This document shows positions 51,114 to 60,866 of a stretch of DNA of 64,000 nt, piece by piece. Source of the stretch: Porphyridium purpureum (lineage: Eukaryota); the NCBI GenBank assembly GCA_008690995.1, contig VRMN01000002.1, forward strand, positions 1,178,001 through 1,242,000, written 5' to 3'. The position numbers were made by a program, and so were the translations under genes. The first letter of the stretch is position 1; each line of letters starts with the position of its first letter. The notes beneath the pieces were generated by a model, which saw nothing but the letters and a program-made list of their open reading frames with translations, was not told the origin of the DNA and made no database searches.

Positions 51114-52301
51114 TTAATGTACGCCGTTCGCAGCAACTTTGCAGCTCGTAGAAGCTGGCTGACTGGCGTCTTCAAGACAGCTGACGCCCGCAGCCTTTGT
51201 GACACTCGCGGGCACTGACGTCTCAGGCGACACTATGCCAAACGCCTTTTCCCACGCGGCCTGGAGGACATCCTGGTGCTCTGGAGCGCGGATACCAAGG
51301 CGCAGATTGCGCGGAGTTCCGAATGACGCACACCAACGGACGGGGCAGCCAACCTCCTGCGCAACGGCTGCGGCTTGCTCAGCGGCGTCAGCCGAGCCGC
51401 AATCCACAAAAACCCACGGCACCCACAACGGCGACTGCTCGTTGACCGTCCAGCCCAATTTTACCAACAGCTCCTGCTGGCGCTGCTTCCAGCCAGGCAG
51501 CGTGTTCCACGTGCGCTCCATGTAGCCCGTATCGCGAGCAGCCGCGGAGCAGAATGCCTGCGCCAGCGTGTTGCACGACCAAGGCGTCTGCAGCTTTTTA
51601 AATGTCTTGTACCACTGCTCGCCACATGCCACAGAGCCCAACCGTAAGCCGGGGCAAGACCATAGCTTTGTCCATGAGTTGATCACAATGACGGTTTCCG
51701 GATATTTGTCGATGAGCGATAGCGCAGAGTGCGCATGCCAGTCTGGTCCGAAGAACGGCATGAAGCTTTCGTCCAAAACAAGCAGCGAGCTGGTCTGTTT
51801 AGCGAGCTGTGCGCGGCGTTCGATGTCCTGCAGGCTCATGCAGTGGCCTGTGGGGCTATTCGGATGAATCACCACGGTAATGGCCGGCGTGGCCGGATCA
51901 TCGTGCTTCATCACGCTCCGCCCGGCGGCCACTGCGGCGCGGTTGTACTCCATGTAAGCCGCGTCGTACGGGCCTGGCTGAAAGCTACCGGCCGGCCCTG
52001 CGCGCATGACGAGGTCGATGAACTCGGACGCGCCGTTCCCAACCAGCAGCCTATTTTCCGGCCAGCGCATGAACTCTGCGAGGTCTCTGATTGCATCCTT
52101 ACAATCTGCCGCCGGATAATGATGGATCTGTGCGAGCGCCGCCTGCGCCTCCTGCATCGCCTTCGCCGGCGCGCCAAACGCGTTTGTGGTCACGCTGAAA
52201 TCCTCCACAAAGCTGTCGCACAGCCGCCACGTCTGCCCGCCGTGCACCTCCTGATGCTCCGTATCCCACGCCGCCGACGCAGCTGCCTTTGCATCCACCA
52301 T
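51114..52301 (-). CDS. PLP-dependent class I/II aminotransferase-fold enzyme (CobD/HisC-like)
   Basis: HGG, DFSVTTN, GNGASEFI, PNSPTG, LDESF and SWTKLWSCPGLRLG (PLP lysine) motifs; ATG at 52301. Confidence 0.88.
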   Translation of the reverse strand: MVDAKAAASAAWDTEHQEVHGGQTWRLCDSFVEDFSVTTNAFGAPAKAMQEAQAALAQIHHYPAADCKDAIRDLAEFMRWPENRLLVGNGASEFIDLVMRAGPAGSFQPGPYDAAYMEYNRAAVAAGRSVMKHDDPATPAITVVIHPNSPTGHCMSLQDIERRAQLAKQTSSLLVLDESFMPFFGPDWHAHSALSLIDKYPETVIVINSWTKLWSCPGLRLGSVACGEQWYKTFKKLQTPWSCNTLAQAFCSAAARDTGYMERTWNTLPGWKQRQQELLVKLGWTVNEQSPLWVPWVFVDCGSADAAEQAAAVAQEVGCPVRWCASFGTPRNLRLGIRAPEHQDVLQAAWEKAFGIVSPETSVPASVTKAAGVSCLEDASQPASTSCKVAANGVH

Positions 52302-52862
52302 GTTTACTCCGTTTCCGACTCCACAACTCTCCTCCACCTCCTCGAATCCTCCACCTCCACCCTCTTCCTCCTCTCTCTCCCTCTTGCCTTTCCTCTCCTT
52401 CAACCACCTTCCCACAACCACTTGCCCCACTTACTTTTCGAACGTTGCTAGTGAAACCGCTCCATTTTATACCAGCGTCCCACGCGCGCACACCGCACGT
52501 TGCTTACTGGCGCGCACGCCCGCGCACGGCGCTACCGGTTCGGCTCCGGAAAGGCAAACCGGTTGGACCGGGATGAACCGATAAGCACAAGCCAGAGCTC
52601 GCGTGTGAGGGGACGACTGCCGAACGTGCGCGGTCGTTCACGCCATCGCCACTGCGGCGGGGTACACACAGACGGACAGAAAACAGGCGCATGGTCTCAC
52701 GGCTGGTCACACATCACCGTCTTCTGGAGCTTGGCGTGTGTCGTTCGTCGCTGTGCTCTTGTTCCTTCCGCCAGTTCTCGAGAAGGTCGTGCGGTTTTCA
52801 CTTGACAAGCTTTGAGGTCTTTCAAGAGGACACGGGGAGTCGGCCGTGAGGTGGCGCAAATC

Positions 52863-54092
52863 ATGGCGATGCGCGCGGGGGCATCGTGGCTCCGACTGCG
52901 GCCAAAGAGCGCCCAAACGAGTGCGGGGTTGTGGCTGCATGAAATAGGAAATGCGGCGGGCATGCGGTCCGCGCGAGATGCATGGTTGATTCGTCGCGTG
53001 CGGTGGCTGAGCTCACAAGGAAGTGGAAGTCGAGGCGACGAAGGCGACCATGGAGACGGCGCGAGTACTGCGTATGAGCAGGGATACGCTCAGGGGATGT
53101 CGGAGGGCACGCCGAGGGAGGATGCAGTTCGGCAGTACGATCGCGAGGCAATGGACATGGTTCGTGGCGTGAGCGGAGCGCACGGGCGCGGCACCGTGAT
53201 GACAAAGTACCGCGGCGGAGTGGATCGGTATAGAAGTACGAATGTGGCAGAGGTGTATGCAGCTACCGGACATCGTCCGCCGTGGCTGCCAAAGGATTCA
53301 CCCATGTTTGCAGATGAGAATATTCGAGGCCTGCCCATTTCTGAGCTCATGAGGATGTCGCTCATGCACAAGTTGATCATGAGAGAAGTATCATATATGG
53401 ATGCCACACCGGATGCCGCCAACGATGCTGCCACGCAGCGCGAAGAGAGGGAAGTGAATTTATTCATGCGATCGGATGACTTTCCGCAGCAGCACTTGAG
53501 CAAGCTTCCAGAGGCTGTGCTCAAGACTTTCCGCGAGGATGTGCCTGCAGAGATGGCGGAGCACTCAGAAGAGGCTATTGTGGCTGGATTTGACAGACTT
53601 GTCCTTAGCGAGCCGGACGGCTCTGAGACTTCCATGGAAGACAAGGCCAAAATCAACGAGCGAGTGGATAAGCTCACTGGTGCTGCGGTCAAACCCCGCC
53701 GAACGTTGAACTTCAACCGCGGGCTTAGCATCGAGTACGATCCTCTGGCTATTTTGGAGGAGGAAAATGCACGCAAGGTGCGCACGAACGTTCGCAAGTC
53801 TTGGATCAAGTGCCCGCTGACGAATACGGCCACTGGGAATATCATGGATATGGACGTTCGGTACATGAACATTTGGACCCGATTCTTGAGTGAAGCTGGC
53901 CGGATTGTACCGCGCCATCTCACAAAGGCCCGACCAAGAAGCCAGAGGAGAATAGCAAAGGCGATCAAACAAGCTCGAACCCTCGGTCTCGTTAGTAGAA
54001 TCTCGTTTCCGTTCGGGTTGGTCAAAAGCGGCACTGCAGTGAAGATTGAGAATTCTTCCTCACCCGCCTCTACTGCCTCGCTGAAGCCATAG
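52863..54092 (+). CDS. Mitochondrial ribosomal protein bS18m with a long N-terminal extension
   Basis: C-terminal S18 signature Y.N....RFLSE.GRI.PR..T......QR.IAKAIK.AR.LGL; Arg-rich presequence. Confidence 0.82.
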   Translation: MAMRAGASWLRLRPKSAQTSAGLWLHEIGNAAGMRSARDAWLIRRVRWLSSQGSGSRGDEGDHGDGASTAYEQGYAQGMSEGTPREDAVRQYDREAMDMVRGVSGAHGRGTVMTKYRGGVDRYRSTNVAEVYAATGHRPPWLPKDSPMFADENIRGLPISELMRMSLMHKLIMREVSYMDATPDAANDAATQREEREVNLFMRSDDFPQQHLSKLPEAVLKTFREDVPAEMAEHSEEAIVAGFDRLVLSEPDGSETSMEDKAKINERVDKLTGAAVKPRRTLNFNRGLSIEYDPLAILEEENARKVRTNVRKSWIKCPLTNTATGNIMDMDVRYMNIWTRFLSEAGRIVPRHLTKARPRSQRRIAKAIKQARTLGLVSRISFPFGLVKSGTAVKIENSSSPASTASLKP

Positions 54093-54140
54093 AGTGCAGC
54101 GTGTCTCCAAGTACATCAATTTTCTTCCATTCGCCTTTCA

Positions 54141-55631
54141 TTATTCTGAACCATCGCCGAACAAGCCTCCGAGCAGGCTGCCGAATCCCCCGCCACCACC
54201 GTCGTCATCATCACCACCGCCGTCGTCGTCGTCTCCGCCGCCCCACGAATCCCACGACTCCTCTTTTGGAGGTTCAGCGGCTTCAAATGTGCTCCATTGC
54301 GAGCCACCATCACTGCCTTGCTCGTTGCCAGCGCTCCCGAATACAGGCGGCGAGTTGGATTCTCCACCAGTTGGCACTGGCCCAACACCGCCGACCGGAG
54401 GAGCTTCGGCTGCGCTTGGCTCTGGATGTTGTTCAGGACTCGCGTCTCCACCGGAGCCACCCGGGAATGGCATGAAAAAGGGTATGCCAAAGCCAGATCC
54501 CCCACCGGACGAATGCAGCGAGAAGTAGTCAAAGTCAATGCTGATTGCGCAACCTAATGCCACGGCGCGCTGAGCAGAGGTCAATGCCAAGTTTGAGCCT
54601 GCACTGTCAGACTGCATTTCCGAGCGGAACGCCCCAGGCGCCAAGTTGGTGTCGCCAAATTTCGGTTCCAGCCGGATCACGTACTGTCGCGCGTCAGTGA
54701 AAAGCTCACGCGCAAAGCCCGTAAAATCTTTGTTGATGGAGGCGATGCGACCACCAGTCTCATCAAGCATGTTAAAGTCCCAAGCGAGAAAGCCTTCGTC
54801 AATGCTGGCAAATTGCTTCTTGTCCACAAAAAGCTCATAGCGTCTTCTGTACAGGTGCCATTTCATGTGGACTTCGCCAATCAGCTCTCCGGTCGGCGTT
54901 TCTACGAACAAGGACGTGGAAATCCAAAAGAAGGGGCGCCTAATCACTAGCACGGGCTCAGCGTGCACGTCTAGCACAGTGGCCTTGAATGCGCGATGTG
55001 TTCGCAGCATGTTGCGCACCAACGACTTTCCGAGTGATGTTTCTTCGGCAATATAGCCGACTACTTGGCCGTCCGGCGGTGCGCGCAATGTGTATCGATT
55101 GGCCTGTTCAAAGCCCAGCAAAATGTTACCCCACTCATACTCGCGCGTCACGACCAGCGCGTCCTGTTGCAGCACCATTTGGTGCGCTTCGGCCTTGCTC
55201 ACTGCCGTGTTTGGCCCGAGTGCAGAGCTTGCAGTTGCTTCTGCATGTCCGCTTGTTCCTTGCTCTGCAGTGGGTTCCGCCGTGGGCTGTGCTATGGACT
55301 CTGCCTTTTGCTGCGCTGCGGATTCGAGTTGCGGTGCAAAGTCGGCCTCCTGGATTCGAGCAGGAGGCCTCTGGCCCATGCCCGACGTTCGCCGCGAGAG
55401 CTTTGACACGAAGAACCTTGCTTGCTGGCATCTCTGCTGCAAGCCGAATCCCTCATCATCATCACCCACAAACTTGGTGCCGCAGCGCAAATGGCGCTCG
55501 TGCCGCTGTTGTCCGCTGGAAAGCCGCCAGCCTGGTCCAAACCAGCGGTGCGGCACGCCGCTCCCTTTCGACGACGCCAGCTGGAGCCCATGCACGGAAC
55601 GTGCACGGAGCACTGGCGCGCGAAGCATCAT
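54141..55631 (-). CDS. Phospholipid scramblase family protein (mitochondrial AIM25-like)
   Basis: RE.EWGNI..GFEQANRY, LRTHR.F.A, WHL.RRRYELF, FARELFTDA..Y and QRAV.L..AISIDFDYFS motifs; Gly/Asp-rich tail. Confidence 0.9.
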   Translation of the reverse strand: MMLRAPVLRARSVHGLQLASSKGSGVPHRWFGPGWRLSSGQQRHERHLRCGTKFVGDDDEGFGLQQRCQQARFFVSKLSRRTSGMGQRPPARIQEADFAPQLESAAQQKAESIAQPTAEPTAEQGTSGHAEATASSALGPNTAVSKAEAHQMVLQQDALVVTREYEWGNILLGFEQANRYTLRAPPDGQVVGYIAEETSLGKSLVRNMLRTHRAFKATVLDVHAEPVLVIRRPFFWISTSLFVETPTGELIGEVHMKWHLYRRRYELFVDKKQFASIDEGFLAWDFNMLDETGGRIASINKDFTGFARELFTDARQYVIRLEPKFGDTNLAPGAFRSEMQSDSAGSNLALTSAQRAVALGCAISIDFDYFSLHSSGGGSGFGIPFFMPFPGGSGGDASPEQHPEPSAAEAPPVGGVGPVPTGGESNSPPVFGSAGNEQGSDGGSQWSTFEAAEPPKEESWDSWGGGDDDDGGGDDDDGGGGGFGSLLGGLFGDGSE

Positions 55632-55838
55632 CTGTCGTATCCTTATCATCTCGACGCTGGCCATCAACAATCCAGCACCTTACTCCCTCCGCACACTTCC
55701 ACAATTCAAGAAACGTGCTTGTGGTTTATACCCGGTACAGGTACAGTACCGGGTATGACTATCACTTTACCCGGTCGTTGAACCGGGTCAAAACGCCGAG
55801 CACGGCGGCTTGTCGGACGGCACGTGCGAGCGGGACAC

Positions 55839-55888
55839 AGAGAGAGAGAGGGAGAGAGAGAGAGAGGGAGAGAGGGAGAGGGGAGAGA
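55839..55888. repeat. GA-rich microsatellite upstream of RRP1
   Basis: Direct reading. Confidence 0.9.
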
Positions 55889-55927
55889 CGAATGTCGGGC
55901 AGATAGAGGGAAGTGCGGGCGGCGTCG

Positions 55928-57397
55928 ATGATGGCGAAGACAAAGTCCAACAAGCAGGGCCAAGGCGAGAGGAAGGCAGCGTGGAATGAGGCGGAGGAGC
56001 AGGAGCAGAAGCAGCAGGACCCAGACACGCAGGCAGCGTCGGAGCGGCCGAGTTTGTGGAATGTGCTGACGGAGGTGGATCAGGAGGGCGCGACGGTGAA
56101 TGGCAGTGAAGGCTTTCATGGCGACAAGGCGCGCGGAAAATTTGTGCTTGCGCTGGTGAACAGCGATCGCAAAGTGCGCTCGCAGGCGTTCAAGGCCTTG
56201 TCCCAGTGGATTGAGGCACGCGGCGCGCTGATGGATGAGCAGTATGGCGACGATGACGCCATTATTGTCTCTACGCCAGACCTTGAGCTGCTGAAGCTGT
56301 GGCGCGCGCTTTTCTTTTCGGTCTGGATGAGCGATAATCGATCAACGGACAAGCTGATGCGCAGGACCGTGACGCTCGCGCGATCGCTTTCGAATGTGCG
56401 TCTCAGGCTGCAGTGGCTCGCCGCAGCCCTGTACATTCTCGTACGAGAGTGGTCGCAATTGGACCGTTATCGAGTGGACAAGATGTATGTCATGTTGGAC
56501 GTGTTGCTCGAGTACGCCGCCGACACCGTTGCAGCGCAAGCGCACTCGGTTGTTGCCCTTGAGCAAGCAGTCTGTGCATACTTGACAGTGTTAGAGGAGG
56601 TACCCGGCTCCACGTTTGGCATGCAACAAGCACGTGGCGTCATGTTCCATGTATTTGACCGGTTTGTCGAAAAAGTTCTGCCCGTCGCAGTAATTGACGA
56701 TGAACAGGGCACCGTTTGGTCCCATCTGATGCAGTTTCCCATCCGCATGGCGAAGTATCCAGACGCTCTAGTTGGGCGTATGGTACACGAGCGCATTTGG
56801 GAGAGGATGAAGCCTTTGTATTTGCAGATGAGCGACACTCAAGTCTACGTATTGCGAGGGCTTCTCTTTGAGAGCGCGAAGCGCAAAGATATCAACCAGA
56901 AAGTTCGACAGCAATTTTATGATTTGATAACTGAAATTCGGCGCGCGCGGCCGCGCGTGGCATCCGCACCTGCCACGCCGAAGGACAATAGCGCGGAGCT
57001 TGATGAAGCTGGGGAGGCAGGCGTCAGGAAAGCGAAACCGGAGGCCAACGACAAAAAACGCAAAAAAGCTCCTGTAGTCACGGAGAATCACGTGGTGGAA
57101 TTCGTCACGCAACACGCAGGGCATACGCCGGCAAAGAGCAAGCGCCCTCGTCCTGAAAGAATGAAGGAGGCCGGGGAGAAATCAAATGGTGACAGTCTTG
57201 TGGCACCGCGTCCAGCGAGTGAGAGCACAAATGCCAAACAAACAAAGGCGCTGCATGCCGGCCGAACACAAAAAGTGGCGGCTTCAAAGCGCCGGGTGAC
57301 ATTTGTGCTAGAGAAGAACCAAGAATTCCAAATACCTGCGCGCGCGAGGAGTGCGCGCGAGTTTGTCATTGTGTCTCCGCGCCGACTCTACTACTAG
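55928..57397 (+). CDS. RRP1: RRP1/Nop52 ribosome biogenesis protein
   Basis: L...D.K.R..A...L..W, LLKLWRALFF..WMSD and REW..LD.YR.DK motifs; C-terminal KRRVTF.L..N (RVxF). Confidence 0.88.
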   Translation: MMAKTKSNKQGQGERKAAWNEAEEQEQKQQDPDTQAASERPSLWNVLTEVDQEGATVNGSEGFHGDKARGKFVLALVNSDRKVRSQAFKALSQWIEARGALMDEQYGDDDAIIVSTPDLELLKLWRALFFSVWMSDNRSTDKLMRRTVTLARSLSNVRLRLQWLAAALYILVREWSQLDRYRVDKMYVMLDVLLEYAADTVAAQAHSVVALEQAVCAYLTVLEEVPGSTFGMQQARGVMFHVFDRFVEKVLPVAVIDDEQGTVWSHLMQFPIRMAKYPDALVGRMVHERIWERMKPLYLQMSDTQVYVLRGLLFESAKRKDINQKVRQQFYDLITEIRRARPRVASAPATPKDNSAELDEAGEAGVRKAKPEANDKKRKKAPVVTENHVVEFVTQHAGHTPAKSKRPRPERMKEAGEKSNGDSLVAPRPASESTNAKQTKALHAGRTQKVAASKRRVTFVLEKNQEFQIPARARSAREFVIVSPRRLYY

Positions 57398-57511
57398 CAC
57401 TCGCCCTTCTCTGTATAAAAGCCCCGGTACGACCCAAAAAGTCAAATCGATCGGACAAGTGGTTGTTTGCGCGCAGGTCCTGTGAGCAGGACGCGGAAAA
57501 GCGCAAGGAAC

Positions 57512-58543
57512 ATGGTGCTTTGTGGAGGGTGCGGTACGCCGCATGACGGCACGTATGGATGCGGTAAGTACTGCGGGATGGCGTGCAGTCGGCGCGTCGG
57601 CGGCCGCGCGCGCTGGATCGCGGCAGGGCGGCAGTACGCGGAGTGTTTTGACATGCTCGGGCCCAATGCAAAGCAGCGGCGGGGAGCACGCGGCGGCATT
57701 CCCAGGCGCCCGGATAATAAGGAGAACGAAACCTCTGGATCGGCACCGCAAAATGCTCAATCAGTGGGTACGGCGATTGTCAAGGCACGCCGCCAGCAGC
57801 GTGTCCCCGACCGGTACGTTCCGCAGAGCACAAATGCTTCTCACCGGCGAGAGTCGTCCGATGCGGATGCCGCTGCGTCACTGCTTATGATCACTAAACA
57901 TGCGCGGGGCTCTGCAAGCCCGAGTGACTCGAGCACGGGTTCTGCGCCGCGGTCCCGGAAGGTTTGTCATGGAGATGATTATTCCGTGTACAGGCACTCG
58001 TTTCCACATGCTACTGCAATGGGGCCCACCTATGATGCCACGGATCCCCATATTTATTCACGTGGCGATCAGGACAGCGCACGGGAAACACCGTCGCTGC
58101 ATGAAGCCAGCGACCAAAGCAATGAGTTTATTGGCGTTCAAAAGTCTGGTCTCGGAAAGACACGCTTCGACCCTCGGGTAGGAGGGTCTGCTTTTGCAAG
58201 AGCAAATGCTGGTATATCTAATGCCAATCGCCGCTCAGCTCCGCGGCAGATTTCCGCTGTGTCGACACCTACAGGTTTCCGCGACGAAAACGTTGCTCGC
58301 GACGCCCACGTCATCGCTCGAGCCGGAGCAGTGGACGAGGTTGACCCCTTGCTCGTTCAGACTGGCGGTTTATGTGGGGAGCGACTTTACATCTTCTTGG
58401 ATGACGTGCGCATGTGGTTGAGTGGAATTGCGCTGCGATGGGACGCTGTGACTGATCGTCACGAGATCTTATTCGATACGAACCTGCTCATGTGGATCAG
58501 TCTGCGCGAAGTGCCCGTTCGCTTCGCCCCGCTAACCATTTGA
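57512..58543 (+). CDS. Hypothetical protein: N-terminal C4 zinc finger and C-terminal Tudor-like domain
   Basis: CGGCGTPHDGTYGCGKYCGMAC at the N-terminus; GERLYIF.....W..G....WD.....H.I.FD at the C-terminus. Confidence 0.6.
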   Translation: MVLCGGCGTPHDGTYGCGKYCGMACSRRVGGRARWIAAGRQYAECFDMLGPNAKQRRGARGGIPRRPDNKENETSGSAPQNAQSVGTAIVKARRQQRVPDRYVPQSTNASHRRESSDADAAASLLMITKHARGSASPSDSSTGSAPRSRKVCHGDDYSVYRHSFPHATAMGPTYDATDPHIYSRGDQDSARETPSLHEASDQSNEFIGVQKSGLGKTRFDPRVGGSAFARANAGISNANRRSAPRQISAVSTPTGFRDENVARDAHVIARAGAVDEVDPLLVQTGGLCGERLYIFLDDVRMWLSGIALRWDAVTDRHEILFDTNLLMWISLREVPVRFAPLTI

Positions 58544-58860
58544 TGTCCCTTGGGTACGCTTTGACAAGGAGCATTTCGCTTGCAAGCCAAGTTTGGATAC
58601 GCTCGGATGCCAGTGAAACCGTCGCTTTTGACTCCCCTTTCTGCATGCGCATCGCTTTTGGTCGTGCACAGTTTGCACGCGTCGATAGACTGGACTTCTT
58701 CCGGGGTTTGACCGCCAGTGAGTTGGGCGCCCCGTGTTTATATTGCGTTTTCCTTTGCGCTCTCCGTATCTAGTCAGTGTCGTATCTTTATTCGGTCCTG
58801 CATCGATTAGTCCCGAGATTTAACGGGTTCGACGAGTGCTGTCGATACGTAGTGGTCTTG

Positions 58861-60102
58861 TCAGTAATTACTTTGTTGCCGGCTTTGAGCTCGTCTTATT
58901 TGGGACTTGGCTTGCTGTGCCCTCGCTTTTTCCACCTCAGCGAGCCGCCGCTTGAAGTAGTCCACATCGTCTGTCATTCGGCCCCAGTATTTCTTTTCCC
59001 ACACAGGGTACCGTGACGCATTGATTGCATTCAGGTTATCGTATTTCCACGAAGCCACGGCCTGTTGTCCCAGTTGCGCCTGCTTCTGGACATGCGCTTG
59101 GCGCGATTTGCTCCCGGCAATCCAATGTGAAAGCATCACGACATACAGCCCGTTCTCGCCTGGTGCCTTTGAAAAAATAGTCGTGAGCTCCTTCTCCAGC
59201 TCCTTCTTGTCCTTGGAAGTGAGCCGCGGGTTCAGCAGCGGAGGAATCACTTGCTCTTCGAGCAAAAAGTAGTGCATGCAAAGCTCCGTGAAGGTGTTGA
59301 GCTTGCTCTTGAATGCGGACGAAATCTCAACCCGAAACTCGGGCTGCATAACCTTTGCGCGCATACGAATGCAGGCATGCAACGCCTCAAGAATGTCAAA
59401 GACCAGGTCTTCGCGTGGCTTTGGCTGCAGCTCACTATTCCTTGGAATAATGATATGTCTAGACTCGACGGCCGGCCAAAGTACCTTCTTCTCAACGCTT
59501 TCAAAGTACGCCATCACAAAGCCGTGGAAAATTTCAAAGTGCAAGAAGAACCGCACGATCTCGTTGGTGTGCATGGCACCTCGCGCCGCTTCAAAGTAGC
59601 ACAACATGTTGTAGACGTCAAGCAGCTCTCTGCGGATGCCGTTGTGAGCCACAACAAACAGATCGAGCGCGCGGTTATTACCATACGGCGCCATATGAAT
59701 GGGTGGGTGACCCGTCCCGCTCAGGCTCGTCAATGAAACCGTTTCGGGCGACCCCACGGCTCTACTACCGGACGACAAACTGCGCGGCGCCGAGCTCATT
59801 CGCGGGCCCATCGAGGTCGCACCGAACGTGCCATGGCTGGGTCCCGAGTAAAGCCCATTCGACGCGGAGCTGTTTCCGGAGCTCTTTGGGCCCATCTCGC
59901 GTGCGCGCTGCAGCTCGACCTCTATGCTAGAGTTCCGCCGTGCCTGCGTCGAGGAGGACGGCGCGCGCTCCATCGCAACTCCGTTTGTCGGCGGCGGCCG
60001 GGACGACGACGCCGCAGAAGCCGATGGCGCGCGGTTCATCCCGCCTTGATGATTACTTGGCGTGGCGCGCGGGCGCGACGAGGACGACTCTGCTCGTTCC
60101 AT
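58861..60102 (-). CDS. Hemerythrin-like helical-domain protein with a disordered N-terminus
   Basis: HNGIRREL, YF..VE..VLWP and YF..EE...P.L repeats resemble degenerate HHE motifs. Confidence 0.62.
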   Translation of the reverse strand: MERAESSSSRPRATPSNHQGGMNRAPSASAASSSRPPPTNGVAMERAPSSSTQARRNSSIEVELQRAREMGPKSSGNSSASNGLYSGPSHGTFGATSMGPRMSSAPRSLSSGSRAVGSPETVSLTSLSGTGHPPIHMAPYGNNRALDLFVVAHNGIRRELLDVYNMLCYFEAARGAMHTNEIVRFFLHFEIFHGFVMAYFESVEKKVLWPAVESRHIIIPRNSELQPKPREDLVFDILEALHACIRMRAKVMQPEFRVEISSAFKSKLNTFTELCMHYFLLEEQVIPPLLNPRLTSKDKKELEKELTTIFSKAPGENGLYVVMLSHWIAGSKSRQAHVQKQAQLGQQAVASWKYDNLNAINASRYPVWEKKYWGRMTDDVDYFKRRLAEVEKARAQQAKSQIRRAQSRQQSNY

Positions 60103-60400
60103 GGTCGCCGTGCCTCGTCTTGCGACTCGTTTTGCGGCCCGTCAATGCTTCCTCACCAAGAACAGAACGACGCAAGCGAACGACGCGCGCGCAAAGGTCG
60201 AAGTCTGACGAATTCACAGCGTCGGGTCTCTCGCTCTCTCTTCCTGTGCGTTCGAGCGTGCGCGCCGTTTCGTCGCTTACCACTGCCTTACAAGTCGATC
60301 CGCGCGAAGTAAGAGCAAAGAAAGGAAACCAAAGCAAAGCAAGGCAAGGAAACAAACAAATGAACATGAAACGAATGGAAGCAGGTGACGACAGCGAGCT

Positions 60401-60423
60401 CACCACCACTACCACCACCACCA
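60401..60423. repeat. (CAC/ACC)n trinucleotide repeat
   Basis: Direct reading. Confidence 0.8.
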
Positions 60424-60866
60424 CGACGTGAAAGTTTTACGCATGTCTTACCCCGCCGCCCTTTTTGCGCGTCACCCGAACGCGCCCAAAGCTGAACGAA
60501 AACGCGCACGAACCAGACGAACCCAAAAAACTCGCACTCGGCGCGCGGAACACGCGGTACAGTGCGCGAACCCTACACGCGCATGCACCCAAAAAAAACC
60601 CAGGAAAAGCGGCCTATTTATAGACCGCGGGCACTCTTGTGTGGCTCCGAAATCAAAGAATTAATTGCTTAAAATATGCGAGGGCAGAGCGTGTTTTGTC
60701 GTAAAGCGGGTGGTTTTGCGTGCGAAACACGGACTGGAAGGCAAATGGCGTGCGCTTTTCAGAGAAGAGGGGGAGGGGGTACGGTGAATCATACCTTGTG
60801 TACAGTTGGGGGTGTGAAAGATGCAAGGGAATAGAAGGGAAGCAGGAACAGAGGAGCAGAGAGGGG

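Noticed and set aside
12750..52301. A B12/branched-chain catabolism gene cluster (MMAA, MCCC2, CobD-like)
   Set aside because: The genes are tens of kb apart and interspersed with unrelated housekeeping genes; co-occurrence is probably chance.
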